A stretch of 64,000 nt of DNA. Origin: Eledone cirrhosa (Eukaryota). Under the pieces are notes generated by a model. That model searched no databases and was not told the origin of the DNA. It worked only from the letters and a program-made list of their open reading frames with translations. The translations under genes were made by a program, and so were the position numbers. The stretch lies in the NCBI GenBank assembly GCA_964016885.1, contig OZ024745.1, positions 9,672,001 to 9,736,000 of the forward strand, given 5' to 3'. Shown here piece after piece: positions 1-11,696 of the stretch (position 1 is its first letter; every line of letters begins with the position of its first letter).

Positions 1-54
1 ACTAGCCGTAACGCTAACAGTAACACTAACCGTAACACTAACTTATGCAGGCCT

Positions 55-198
55 AGGTAAAGACGAGAAAGATAAAACAAGGAGTGATGCTATTTGAATT
101 TTGTGATGCAAGTGTTTTAACCATTTGCAAAACCAACTTCCGCAAACCTGCCAACTGCCTAATAACCTACAAATTAGGCAAGCACAGAAGCCGGATTT
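55..198 (+). mobile_element. RTE-type LINE apurinic endonuclease fragment
   Basis: Translates to GVMLFEFCDASVLTICKTNFRKPANCLITYKLGKHRSRI, typical of the C-terminal part of the RTE endonuclease (LLEFC...N.NFRKP..HLITY). Confidence 0.7.
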
Positions 199-391
199 CT
201 CGGTAGTTAGGCAGCGAGACAGACAGATGGTGTGAAGTACCAGGGTGTGCCCCGGGGAGGACTGTTTCCCACAGCGTGGGTTGGTTGTTGGTGATCCTGA
301 GACGGAGTGAGGAGGGTGTTTATAGGTAAATAGATAGACTGATGCACAGATATCTGGATAGATTGATAGAGAGATAGATATATAGAGAGCA

Positions 392-828
392 TCATTATCA
401 TCGTCTGTTCATCATTTTACGTCCGCTTTTCCCTGCTTGAAAGGGTGGGACAGGTCCTCTTGAGCAAAGCATCTCTTCACTTGTCACGGTCCTTCGTCAT
501 CTCCTTGGTGAGTTTCAGCGATCTGAAGTCGGCTCTCACCACCTCCACCCATGTTTTTCGTGGTCTTCCTCTACTGCGTCTCCCTTCTTTACCCAGCGCT
601 CAACCTCCATGCGCATCACATGTCCATACCATCTCAGTCCTCTCTTGCACACCACAACTTATCCCTCTTAAACACAGTTTCTCTCTCAACTCGTTTATGC
701 TTGGTCGTTCCCGCACATTGACATTGCACATCCAACGGAGCATGCTTGCTTCCTTTCTCTCCAGCCATCGCATACCCTCTGCAGTTGCTGTCCATGTCTC
801 ACTACCATGCAGCATCGCGCATCTCACT
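392..828 (-). mobile_element. RTE LINE 3' end (RT C-terminal region plus 3' UTR/tail)
   Basis: Minus-strand peptide VRCAMLHGSETW...ERKEASMLRWMCNV. The end 'atcattttacgtccgcttttccctgcttg' recurs at 52945, 61272 and 63490. Confidence 0.85.
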
Positions 829-876
829 TGTGTGTGTGTGTGTGTATATATATATATGTACATACATATATATTAT

Positions 877-1480
877 GTCAGGTCACCAGTTGGTGCTACT
901 GGTAACATGTATCCCAGTACAACCTGTCTCCTGGTCGGGTCGTTGGCGACTAAACTGGCAACCCCACTAAGGTTTCTTGGTGAGGAGGGTGACTTTGGAC
1001 ATCCTGCAGGACTAAAAACAAAACCTGTCAAAGGGCAAAGGAGCTCTTAAGAGTCAATGGCCATCCAAAATCACCGGGAGAGATGACCCCTTAGCCTGTG
1101 TCAAAGCAGAATTCTAGGAGAAGGAAAACTCTGATATAACACCTGCAACCCTGATGGTATCCAATGATGTTGACTTGTTTTTCTTTTTGGTAAATATCAT
1201 CTTGGTTAAGAGAGTGGGACTGGCTTTGTGCAGTGCCTTTGCTCACTATAAAAGCTTCACAGCACAGGCATTGCTTTATATCTGGAGATCTCTCTGCACT
1301 CGTCGTCACATGGTACGATTGGCCCAGCACTGTCAATAATTGTCACAAGTGTAGTGTTTGTACCAGAGTTTTCAAGTCACTGGCTGGACTAAAACGTCAC
1401 ACTCGTTCAGCCCATCGGTAGGGGTTCTCCTACATGGATATAAAGTAGGGGCCGTACTCGAAAAAGAGTTGGCAACCACC
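877..1480 (+). mobile_element. Non-autonomous LINE derivative ending in a C2H2 zinc-finger remnant
   Basis: CSVCTRVFKSLAGLKRHTRSAH (about 1349-1418) resembles the terminal zinc finger of RTE-BovB-like ORFs. The segment is bounded by microsatellites. Confidence 0.5.
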
Positions 1481-1531
1481 ATATATATGTATATATGTAT
1501 ATATTTATATGTATGTATATATGCATATATT

Positions 1532-1570
<39 letters not shown>

Positions 1571-1651
1571 TTCTGGCTTTCTCTTATTTTCACTCACTCC
1601 TCCGCTAGCTCACTTCCTTCCTCGTCCGTAACTGTCTCTTCTCTTGCTCAC

Positions 1652-2455
1652 TTGCTCACACTTCTACAGTGAATGTGTCTTTTTTTCTTATCAAACCCGC
1701 CAGAACTTGTGTTCGAAATCAATTGTTCACTCGATTTTTTTTTTTTTTTTTTTTTTTTTTTGTTGCTTCAGCCTTTGTGTCTGTTTATATTTTTCTCTCT
1801 CTCTCCCCTCTTTTTTATCCCAATAACTTATTTTAGTTATTGTTCGGCCTAGGTTGAGGCATCTTGTCTCTAACGCGAAGAAATGCCTATGATTCCTAGC
1901 AGACAACTGACGATGGATATTGCCCTCTTTTGCCCGTAACTTTTATTTTGATTATATTTCAATGCAACCACACAGCTTACCATTTTATTCACATAGTTTT
2001 CTTCTCGGTTGTGACCCATCTCTCTTCTATCCCCTTGTTGCTATGCTCTCTCTCCCCCTTCTCCCTCTTCTGCTAGTCACCTTCTCTCGGCTAACCTGCC
2101 ACTTCTAAAGCAGTCTCTTCTCTCACTCACACTGCTACAGTGAAGACATGTATTTTTTTTTCTCGTTAAACCCACCAGAACTTATGTTCAAAATGAGTTG
2201 TTGACTTGATTTTTCCTCTTTTCGTTTCTTCACCCTTCATGTGTGTATCCATTTTTCTCTCTCCCCCTTTTTTTATTCCAATAACTTATTTTAGTTATTG
2301 TTCGCCCTAGGTTGAGGCATCTTGTCTCTAACGCGAAGAAATGCCTATGATTCCTAGCAGACAACTGACGATGGATATTGCCCTCTTTTGCCCATAACTT
2401 TTCTTTTCATTATACTTAAATGCAACCACACAGCTTGCCATTTTATTCATAGTTT
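1652..2455. repeat. Tandem duplication, period about 460 bp
   Basis: 'caataacttattttagttattgttcg...gacgatggatattgccctcttttgccc' is near-identical at 1821 and 2279, and the upstream parts also align. Confidence 0.9.
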
Positions 2456-2479
2456 CCTTCTCCGCTGAGTTTTGTCCTC

Positions 2480-2735
2480 TTTTCTACTCATCAACAATTT
2501 TGTCTTAGCTATGTTCACTCTCAGTCCTCTTAATTCCAACTCTGTTTTCATAGCCAGAATTTATTCTCAAGCTCTTCTACTGATTTTATCATCAGCATAG
2601 ATAAGTTTCTGTAAACAGGATGTATTCCTACTTGTATCTGGAATTTGTCACTAAACTCCATTCCTACCCTCACTTTACTGACAGCACCTCTGTACAAAGC
2701 TTGCAATGTCCTCACAAGCCATTCATCAACACCTA
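2480..2735 (-). mobile_element. RTE LINE RT fragment
   Basis: GVDEWLVRTLQALYRGAVSKVRVG...GIH and a YADD motif ('tatgctgatgat') on the minus strand. Confidence 0.8.
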
Positions 2736-3019
2736 CACCGAAAAACAACCCAAACCAAACCGTGTGTTCTGTTATTATTTCTTGCAATATTTATAACAAT
2801 ATGACTCTCCCCTGTTATAACTATATATATATATATATATATATATCGTCATACAAATATGTATCGCAGCATTATCAATAAAGGACTTTAACATCTGAAA
2901 GTATTTCGCATTTTATCATTATATATATATGCACACATACACACACATACACCGAGAGAGACGACATATATTTATATATGCTAGCTGAAGAACTGCCCTT
3001 TGGGCGTTTTTCTGCTAGT

Positions 3020-5340
3020 ATATATAGACATAAGTTTTTGTAGTGTCCCTTTTCTATCATTTAAAAAGAAACTGAAATGCATTTCAACTAAAAGAGTGAT
3101 AGCTGTTTCACATGACTGTAGAATTTCTTTGTAGACACAGTTGCCAGCAAACAGACACCTTTCATTTAATATTTTAATATTTTCTTTTTTGTGATAATGC
3201 AACATACGTGAGAATTGTGTTTGTAGATAAATGTCTGCCCTTGAAGGTTGTTTCAACTATTTGTGGTCTATCACCATGACGTAGAACTGGAAGAATTTGG
3301 TTTTAGTCACCAGATACCACTAAATGGCTTTTTGCAATCTCGAACATCTTTGAAACTCCTGTCAGGCATTGAAAGATATTCTTATGTCCCATACCTCTCT
3401 CATCAATGATTAACAGGTCAGCTTGCTGCATAAGTTTACCTGTGTCATCCCTCTTTGTGAAGAAGCAAGTTGATTCAGCAGTCATATTGAGAGGAATCGT
3501 GCACTTGGAATGAAGAGTTCTTCGTTTGTGAAGCAAAGTGGCTGCTATTCCAGATATGGCAGTGGCAAGTGCAATTATTTTTTTACATTGGAGGTAATCC
3601 ATTAGAATGCTTATGACCTGTACCTGCACTTGCATTCGAGCAGAAAATTCTGCCCTCATTTTCATTTACAGAGGTAATTACTTTGTGAAAAAGAACCAGT
3701 TGCTGAGGATTCAATGTTGGCAGAAGTTGATTTATTTGTTTGCATGGACATGAATTGCTCATGACGTTCATGCATGATATCCTCTGCAAGACAATTCTTC
3801 TATTTCTCCCAGAACTGCAGAGGGTCATTTGGCATGCAGTGCAATTAAATGGTGCAGAAGATCTGTGGCAGCTGAGGACCAACAGACTAAGTTAATCTTT
3901 ATATGAAGTTTACCCAGCCTTGTGATGTATGATCATTCTGAGGTAATATAATTCAGATTGATGTCTTCTGAGAATGCGTCCAAGAGATTCACTCATAAAT
4001 TGTTGATCACCATCCAGATGTCCCCTTTTTTTCTTTGCCATTTTTTGTTTGTCCAAGTGAAATATTTAGGAATATCAATATACAATATATCTTGTTCCAG
4101 CGGGTCTCTAATATTCAGTTGAAAATATTCCGTGAACTTAGTCATTGGCTGTCCCCTAGAAAGAACTTTCTTCCTGCCCTTGCTCAAACACGACCATTTG
4201 TTCCCCAGGTAAATGGCAAGGCAACTTTCCAGAATGCTTCACTGGCTGAGATGTACCATGCATTGATATAGGTCTCAATTTCATTTCGAGCATGGACACA
4301 ATTTCCTCGATCATCCTTAATAGTGAAAGTGATTTTGTCTGATCCTTTTGTGATGTACTTTAAGTAGTTAACAACCTTGACACTGTAGACAACCTCACAA
4401 TTGACCATGCTGTCTACCCCTTCTTCTATACTTTGAAAAGGAACTTTTGGCAACAAATGCGGTTTGCCTTGGGATAACTGTTCGAGCATTGTTATTGTTG
4501 TCCTAGCCCTTCCTTTCATGAGCACATCATATTAACTTGTCCACATGGGCCATGAATGTTGCAAGATGGGGATGATCTTCTGTAGAATTGGAATCTCACA
4601 GTACACTACCTGATCAATGTCATCAGCAGTTTTGTGCTTACTATCTTCAGCCATTATCTGCAGAATATGAGCATGAGTGGGGCCTCGTTTCTGCCACTCT
4701 ATTGTAGCAGAACGAGCAACAACTTTTCCTAGGACATTTTCTTTTTCAGTATGTCACCCATGAGGCTGTCATACTTGATGTTGAAGAATCTTGCACAAAT
4801 ATCAGGACGGTCTCTAGGTTCTTGACTAGGGTGCAAATTATTTTTTATTTCATCCCAGTTAGAGTTAGTTGTTACCGTGATGAAATAAGACGACTTTACC
4901 ATGTCGAACCACAGTCATCGAATTCTGAAAGCACTCAGTGTAGAAGCGATTGGGAACCATAGATTGAAGGTGGAAGAACAATTCTCCGGCCTTCATTTAC
5001 TGAATCTCCCTCAGCATCATAGAAACCCTCATACTTTTCAGCTCACATCACGGTTCGATTGTTACGGCCATTTTGAGGTGACAACATTGTATTTTTCCCT
5101 GGGCATCTACAGCATATTGCTGCATCAGCCACCTGCTCTTCACGACAACATTAGTCACCTTGCCTAACCTGAAACCGATAACCAGTGGGTGTGAGTGTGT
5201 GGTTGTTGTCAATCCTTTTCAAACCAACCCGAAACCCATCATTCCCACAAGGAAACAGTAGCACAGGACAATATTCACATTTTCAGAGACTGGCATTTTA
5301 ATGACTTTCTTGAAGCTTCTTATATGATAAATGTTACCTA
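3020..5340 (-). mobile_element. Decayed Helitron RepHel gene (Rep HUH nuclease plus Pif1-like helicase)
   Basis: Frameshifted motifs in order on the minus strand: LMQQYAVD, GRRIVLPPS, FITVTTNSNWDE, DRPDICARFF, IEWQKRGPTHAHIL (HUH), YLKYITKG, YISASEAFWK, ASAGTG (Walker A remnant), SGIAATLL, LLIIDE. Confidence 0.92.
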
Positions 5341-5550
5341 TGATCTTAAATGTGGGACTAAACCCTGGCTTGCTCACCCCCCTCCCCCCCCCCTCTCTCT
5401 CTCTCTCCCCCATACACTGACATAAGATCATATAATTCAGCATTGTGGCTGTCTGTAAAATGTGAAAAGAAAGGCAAGGTTTTAACTGACATATAATTAG
5501 ATGTATGTATTTATGCCATGTGCGTTAATTTATATACGCACAATAGTCAG

Positions 5551-5880
5551 TCTCCTGATCTGTTACAAACACAATTCTCAGGGCGAAACAGATTAAATCT
5601 CTAATCTGTCCGGGAGATGAAATAGTTATTGAAACTGTGTGTACATTTTACTCTATCCTGTATTTTCCGTTTGCTCGCACGAGGTGAAATATTCATTCGT
5701 GTAGCTTTTAGTTTTAGGTGTTTGTCACATTTCATCTTATCTCTCGCTGATGATGCCTACGGATTATCTGTTACAAACACAATTCTCAGGGCGAAACAGA
5801 TTAAATCTCTAATCTGTCTGGGAGATGAAATAGTTATTGAAACGATCTGTACATTTTACTCTTTATCCTGTATTTTCCGT
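5551..5880 (+). repeat. Partial tandem repeat, 208-bp period, carrying hammerhead motifs
   Basis: 5558-5670 is repeated at 5766-5880. Confidence 0.9.
5737..5828 (+). ncRNA. Type I hammerhead ribozyme (predicted)
   Basis: Stem I TTATCTCTCG/TGGGAGATGA; core CTGATGA(T) at 5747; stem II GCCT...GGGC; GAAA at 5793; 8-bp stem III ACAGATTA/TAATCTGT; GUC cleavage after 5818. Confidence 0.8.
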
Positions 5881-6329
5881 ATGCTTCAGGTTAAATCTGT
5901 CAAACCAACATATATATATATATATGCGCTCAACCAACTGTGACGCCTAAACCAATCAGCTTTAGTAATCCAGTGAAACTACACACCGATTGGTCGAAAT
6001 ACAGTTTTCAAGATTTAGCATTCTGGAGCCACTTTTCACAGTGGCAAAATTTACCCATCTCATTACAGTTGAAAATTGCAAACTTGACTCACCACACATT
6101 ATGAACCTGAAGATTGCGAAAGCATGAAAGTACTTGTTCAATTAACACTTAACATTTAATATTCTACCATACTATTTCATTCTAATACTATAAATTTTAA
6201 AGGATTGTAAATAAAACGAGTAAATCAAAGTTGGAATTCCTTTTATTAATATAATCTTCTATACATAATCATACACACCCGTGTATATCTATCTATCATA
6301 TATATATATATATATAATGACACACACAT

Positions 6330-6490
6330 ATTGTCCTGGGTATGACATTAAACTACATCCAGTGACAAGGCTCCATTTCGGCAATTCATGAGCTGTGGGG
6401 AATGTGGAGTTACCCCTTAGTTGTCATAACTCCCAGGTCTGCTCTGGCCCGGAGCAGTGTTACCTGTTAGGGCCCCATTTATGGGTGAAA
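6330..6490. mobile_element. Short interspersed repeat fragment (SINE or LINE end)
   Basis: GC-richer block between microsatellites, followed by an RTE endonuclease start remnant (MGTLNVRTI, about 6542). Confidence 0.4.
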
Positions 6491-6575
6491 TAATAAAAGA
6501 ACCATGTAGTCGATTTAACAGCACTAAGGTTGTCAAGGCTTATGGGCACTCTGAATGTGAGGACAATTCGGACAC

Positions 6576-6650
6576 TGAGAAATACTTCCCTGGAACTAAG
6601 AAGACCCCCACCCCGAAAAGAGGCCCGACCCAGTGGTGCCAAACCAAAAG
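6576..6650 (+). pseudogene. Truncated, frameshifted second copy of the AFG3L2-like exon 3' half
   Basis: Encodes EKYFPGTKKTP and ends in the donor AAG|gtatgc. Highly similar to 7449-7522. Confidence 0.6.
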
Positions 6651-6664
6651 GTATGCTTTCTCTC

Positions 6665-6698
<34 letters not shown>

Positions 6699-7335
6699 GC
6701 ATACACTTAATGTTAAAAGAAAAGCAAGCAAGCTTTGAAGTGACAAATAATTAGATACATTGATACGACGCGTCGCCCTCATATCATGTATCTGTATGGC
6801 TGTCTGTCTGAACTTTCTAAATAAAACACACCCACACCCAACAAAGAGAACCAAATAGTTAAATTATAGAGTAGCCTAACTTGAGATTTTAATTTTTTCC
6901 ATTTTTTTTCATACACAAAAATACAGATCCATAAACATTTATGTGTGTGGATCTATGTATATAGATAGGTAGATGGACAAGGGTGTCCTCACATAGGAGG
7001 TTTCCCGGTTGTTGTAATGATAGACTCCAGTTCTATCCCGAAAAACTTGAAATGAAGCAACTGGCTTATTAATGCAATGTGCTGCCAGACCTAGGGTTTG
7101 ATGTTATGTTTATGAGTGCAGCACACTAACCATTGAAGCCCCACCATCACATACTGAACCTACATTAGAACACTACCACACACTACAGCACTACCAGACA
7201 CTATAACACTGCCATACTACACTACCACCATCACACTACATCACCACCAACACCACCATTCTATATATTCAGATATATCATATCTACCCCACCTTTAACC
7301 CTGGCCCTTTATAACCCCTAAAATCTCTATTTCAG

Positions 7336-7522
7336 ATATATCGTCATTCCTACGTTACCTCTAAATATGTAACTGCTTCACCACGGCCGTTGTTGTCCCT
7401 AATGAAGGACTGGGCTCTGCTACGCAACAGCAATGTACCAGATGGTTTTGAGAAATACTTCCCTGGAGCTAAGGAGACCCTGCCACGAAAAGAGGCCCGA
7501 CCCAGTGGTGCCAAACCATAAG
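7336..7522 (+). pseudogene. AFG3L2: Disabled exon resembling the N-terminal region of the m-AAA protease AFG3L2
   Basis: Acceptor tctctatttcag| and donor AG|gtatgc. Frame IYRHSYVTSKYVTASPRPLLSLMKDWALLRNSNVPDGFEKYFPGAKETLPRKEARPSGAKP*. P.GFEKYFP matches the recalled AFG3L2 motif PPKGFEKYFP. The in-frame TAA is AAA in the paralogous copy. Confidence 0.65.
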
Positions 7523-8090
7523 GTATGCTTAATCTCTCTCTCTTCTAGACACTTCTATAAGGTCATATAATTGAACAGTGTCATTTCTAAAATGTGAAAA
7601 GAAAGGCAATGTTTTCAGTGACATAATTAGAAAGATATAGATACAACGCCGCACACTCATATCATATATATATATAAAACTGTGTGTCTCTCCTCATTTT
7701 TGCAAAGTCTATACAAATCCACATTTCTACTCTGATTGGCTTCAAACTTGCATTTATATATTCCTTGTGGTCTAAAGATATTAACTGCAGCTTTTATTTT
7801 TCAATTTTCTGTTTTTAAAGAGGTGTTAGGCACCAGTTATCGATCTCCATCGTGCCCTTATAATATCTGTATGTCTGGCTGTCTGCATAACGACATTATG
7901 ATCCATGACGTCAGCAATGACGTTAATCTTCGCCACATTCACACACACACACACGCGCATGCGCAGATATATATATATATATATAACTACTTTTATATAT
8001 ATATAACTACTTTTCCTATCTTGACGTTATAGTCGCATATATGTTATAGAATGCCGTTAGCTTCTTGCTAAAACAATCTCTATACGTCTC

Positions 8091-8128
<38 letters not shown>

Positions 8129-8143
8129 GTACGTATGTATGTG

Positions 8144-8216
8144 AGTTTCAGAAGATCCCGTTAAGGGTGAAAGCAGCGATTCTTTGCTTAAACTTTAATC
8201 TGTTATTTTAATAAAT
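8144..8216 (+). mobile_element. Short repeat (family C) with a non-canonical hammerhead-like fold
   Basis: Identical to 62001-62073 and inverted copies at about 19712 and 61600. Fold: AGTTT-CAGAAGA-T-CCC(GTTAA)GGG-T-GAAA-GCA..TGC-TT-AAACT. Confidence 0.65.
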
Positions 8217-8492
8217 ATATATATATATATATATATCATAATTGAATATAAAAGAAAAACGAACACAGATATATACATGTGTTCAAATAGTAAGGCATGA
8301 GATTCGCTAAGGTGAAAATAATACTAACTATAGACAATTTAAGAATAAATCAATAAAATAAATACAAACTTGGCTGCTATCTTTAGTGGTGTGAGTTTGT
8401 GAGACACGCTAAGTTCAGATACCATGTGCGTTATATATACGCACACTATTCAGTTTTTTAATATACTTAGAAATGTCCATGATAATAATTCT

Positions 8493-8572
8493 TCATCCAC
8501 TGATGAGCAAGAATTGGTATTCCTCTTCACAATTAATTTTGCGAAACAGCATTACCAAAGGTGTCTGGGTGA
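8493..8572 (+). ncRNA. Type I hammerhead ribozyme (predicted, weak stem III)
   Basis: Stem I TCATCCA/TGGGTGA; CTGATGA at 8500; stem II GCAAGA..TTTTGC; GAAA at 8543; stem III ACA/TGT; GUC at 8563-8565. Confidence 0.6.
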
Positions 8573-9030
8573 TTTTCTCGGTCTTTGCTTGACCCAGGAT
8601 TGCAGCTCGGTGAGCGAGACGAGTCTGGGAAAGGCTCGCCTCACAAACGGGGCCCACACCGGTTGACCGGTGATGAATACCTGGAGGTGCCGTAGCCTTA
8701 ATGCGTGTTTACGCATCACCAGCCACGGCATCTCAGCCCTCCTTTCGAAGGGTGTTGACAGCAGATGGATCTCCTCACCATAGGAGCCCGCTTCTTCCAA
8801 AGGAATTGGAAGAGTGTGCGCTCCATTTTGGAGAGCGTTTCCCTTGGGCAAGGCACGACGGTCAGGCGGTAGTAGATGTGTTCGCCACCTCCGCCCGACG
8901 ACGGCATTAACAACTCCAACTTCTGCAGCAGTGGCTCTAGTCATTACATACAGAAGGGAGGAGAGAGGGCACCCTTGTCGGATGGACCGCGCGATTTCGA
9001 ACGGCTCCGAGAGGTAGCCGTTCACCTTGA
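8573..9030 (-). mobile_element. Tx1/L1-like LINE reverse-transcriptase fragments
   Basis: NGYLSEPFEIARSIRQGCPLSSLLYV, and downstream HIYYRLTVVPCP...FQFLWK...HPSKGGL, with an internal deletion. Confidence 0.85.
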
Positions 9031-10210
9031 CAAGAGCAGAAGTGCGTGCCTGCCTGCCTTAAGTCGTCCATGTTGTGGCTCCAGGTGAAGAGTTTGTACT
9101 TGAGCACAAATATGCGTGCTCATTTGCATGGTGACATGTCTGCAGCATTTGGTCAGAATATTTTAGCACTTTGTGAGGGCAAGGTCCCTGCGGATGACAA
9201 AGGCGGAATAGCAATCGACTCCCTGTGCAACATTGTGAGCAGCCCTTCTGACCTTTTGGAAGCAGTTTTTTCTAATGTCTCATCTAACTTTAAAAACCTC
9301 GATTAGCTCAGCGAAAGAGCCATCCTTGCTCGGAAAAATACCATGGTTAATTTTATTAACGAGCAGCTGATTGAGAAGATTCCTGGTAAAGAAGACATCT
9401 TCAAATCTATCGACCTGGCGTCAGACCCCGACGATATCGTTAATTATCCGGTTGAGTTATTAAATTCCCCAGGGCCCCCACCTCTTATTCTTAAGCTTAG
9501 GGTTGGCTGTCCCATTATGCTAATAAGGAACTTGCGTCCACCAAAGCAGTGCAACGGTACTCGCATGGTCGTCAAGTCACTGACGCTGCACTTGATTGAG
9601 GCCACCATTGTAACGGGGTGCTGGAGAGGGGAGAATGTTTTCATTCCAAGGATGAACCTTTGCCCCTCGGCGTCAGATATCCCGTTCGATTTCCGGCGAT
9701 CCCAATTCCCGGTGAGACCATTTTTTTTTTTTTTTCCAAGTCCATTAACAAGTCACAAGGGCAAACATTGTTGGTGGCGGTCATCCATTTGGGGGAGCCA
9801 TGCTTCTCCCATGGCCAACTTTGTTGCCAGTTTCCGCGTATGGAGCAGGAATGGACTTTTTGCTTACACTCCTCAAGGGATGACACGCAATATCGTCTAC
9901 TATGAAGTGCTATAGATGTTTGAGTTATGCCGTCTGGAAAACTGGTTGGGTCACCCATAGCGGACAGATCTGACACGCAGCGGCACCAGGGCCACCATCT
10001 TGCAACTTTGTTCTACTAAATTCGCTATTGGAAGATTATTAAGCCATCATTGATTGTCCAAAATGCTAATTGGTTTGTAACTATTAATAACCGGTTCAAC
10101 TGCTTTATGCACTTAATTGATAAGATTATGCGCTTTCAAGCTACGTTTACCTGTATGTAACTTTTCATAGCAAATGAACAAACCCGAGTAACGCCGGGCT
10201 AAACTGCTAG
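9030..10210 (+). mobile_element. Helitron 3' part (Pif1-like helicase C-terminus and terminus)
   Basis: LSTNMR, ERAILA, LKLRVGCPIMLIRNL..CNGTR, SINKSQGQTL, CFSHGQL. Subterminal hairpin CCCGAGTAACGCCGGG (10183-10198) then CTAG|T. Confidence 0.93.
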
Positions 10211-11021
10211 TTATCAATAATGTTATATCTCGCAATGGCCATACTCGATAACGAGGGCGCAGTCATTATGTATGGTGTTGTGATTTTTATGTACAGTATA
10301 TTATTATTAGATGGGTAACGTGCCTGCAGTAATCGGTAGAGCGTCCTCTCAAAATGTTTGCATTTTGCCCAAAGCAGAAACAATTATTGTTGTTTGTAGT
10401 ATTAGTAGTAGTATTCATTCTATTTTGTGTTCCACGTGGTTGATATTTCATCACCACAACACCACCACACCACCACACCACTACACCACCACGCCACCAC
10501 ACCAACACACACCACCAACACACCACTACACCAACACTGTCGCCACCAGTTGGGCTACGTAGTCAAAGTGAAGGAAATAGAATTGGTGAAAGATAGACAT
10601 ACTGATAGAAAGATATATGTATATATAGAGAGAGGAGGGGGCGGGGGTTAGATAGAAAGACACAGTTATAGAGATACAGACAATTACGCGTGTTGTTGTT
10701 TCTTTGATTCCGATAATACACATGTGTATCTAACAGTGATGATATGTCATATAGATTATTGAGAGGAAATGAATATTTACAAAGAAAAGCTGAAATATAA
10801 TTTTAAAAAAATTAACGAATATTTATTTTTTATCTTTTGGAGTCAGTCAACATTTACCGCCATGTTCTTTGTTCTTTGTTAACAATAAAAGAATCTAATT
10901 TCTGACATACACCCTACTTCCGATCTTTAACCGCAGCCATTATATCAGAATGTATCTGTGCGTATGTCAAACTGAGTGCATGTGTATGGGTAGGTGTATA
11001 TATAAAAATGTGTGTGTGAGT

Positions 11022-11121
11022 TGGTCCCAGGTTCAATCTGGGGTAACCACAGTAAGGTACTCAATACATAGCAGAGTATAAATATTGAATCTAGAAATGT
11101 CTTCTGCAGGAGTAGAACTGT
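11022..11121 (-). mobile_element. Family B short element, degenerate (tail plus hammerhead 3' half)
   Basis: Reverse complement of the 52800-52910 element ('gtaaggtactcaatacatagcagagtataaat...cttctgcaggagtagaactg'). Confidence 0.7.
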
Positions 11122-11696
11122 ATATTATATATATAATTTGTCTGTGGTATATATAGATGAATGTTTGATGCTGAATCTCCCCGAGAATCCCGCTCTAAGT
11201 GTTTATATTTATCTAAAAACCTTTATGTCCCAAACACTCTTTTCGGCTGAGTATTTTACAGCTGACAATGTAGCGACAGCCAGTTTTGGAGCATGGCGTT
11301 GGATGGCACAACTATGCGAAGTGACCAGTGATATCATTATGAGGAGGAAGAGGCCAGTTTGCCGCACCGAATCCTTCTCAGAGCGGCACCCCAATTTCGG
11401 AGCCGGGCCCTCTCCCCGCGATGGATACTTCTCAATACGAAAGACGACCGTGGCAGCCTGGGACTAGATTGCACTGTTATGAGAAGTGACAGTCCAGTTG
11501 GCCGCTCGAAACCCCTTTCACAGCGGCAGCACAGTATCGGATCCAAGTACTGTGAATTGGATGGACACTTCTCAATACAAAACGTGCTAACGTGTGACTT
11601 GACAATGATGAGAAACCGGAACCAGACATTGTGAAGGACTGTTTGAGGGGAGGGATGTATGTATATGGTCATTAAAACACACGCACGCACGTATAT

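Noticed and set aside
1905-1945. CTGACGA...CCGTAAC hammerhead-like motif in the 460-bp duplication (also near 2365)
   Set aside because: GAAA is absent (GTAA/ATAA), and stems I and III cannot be formed.
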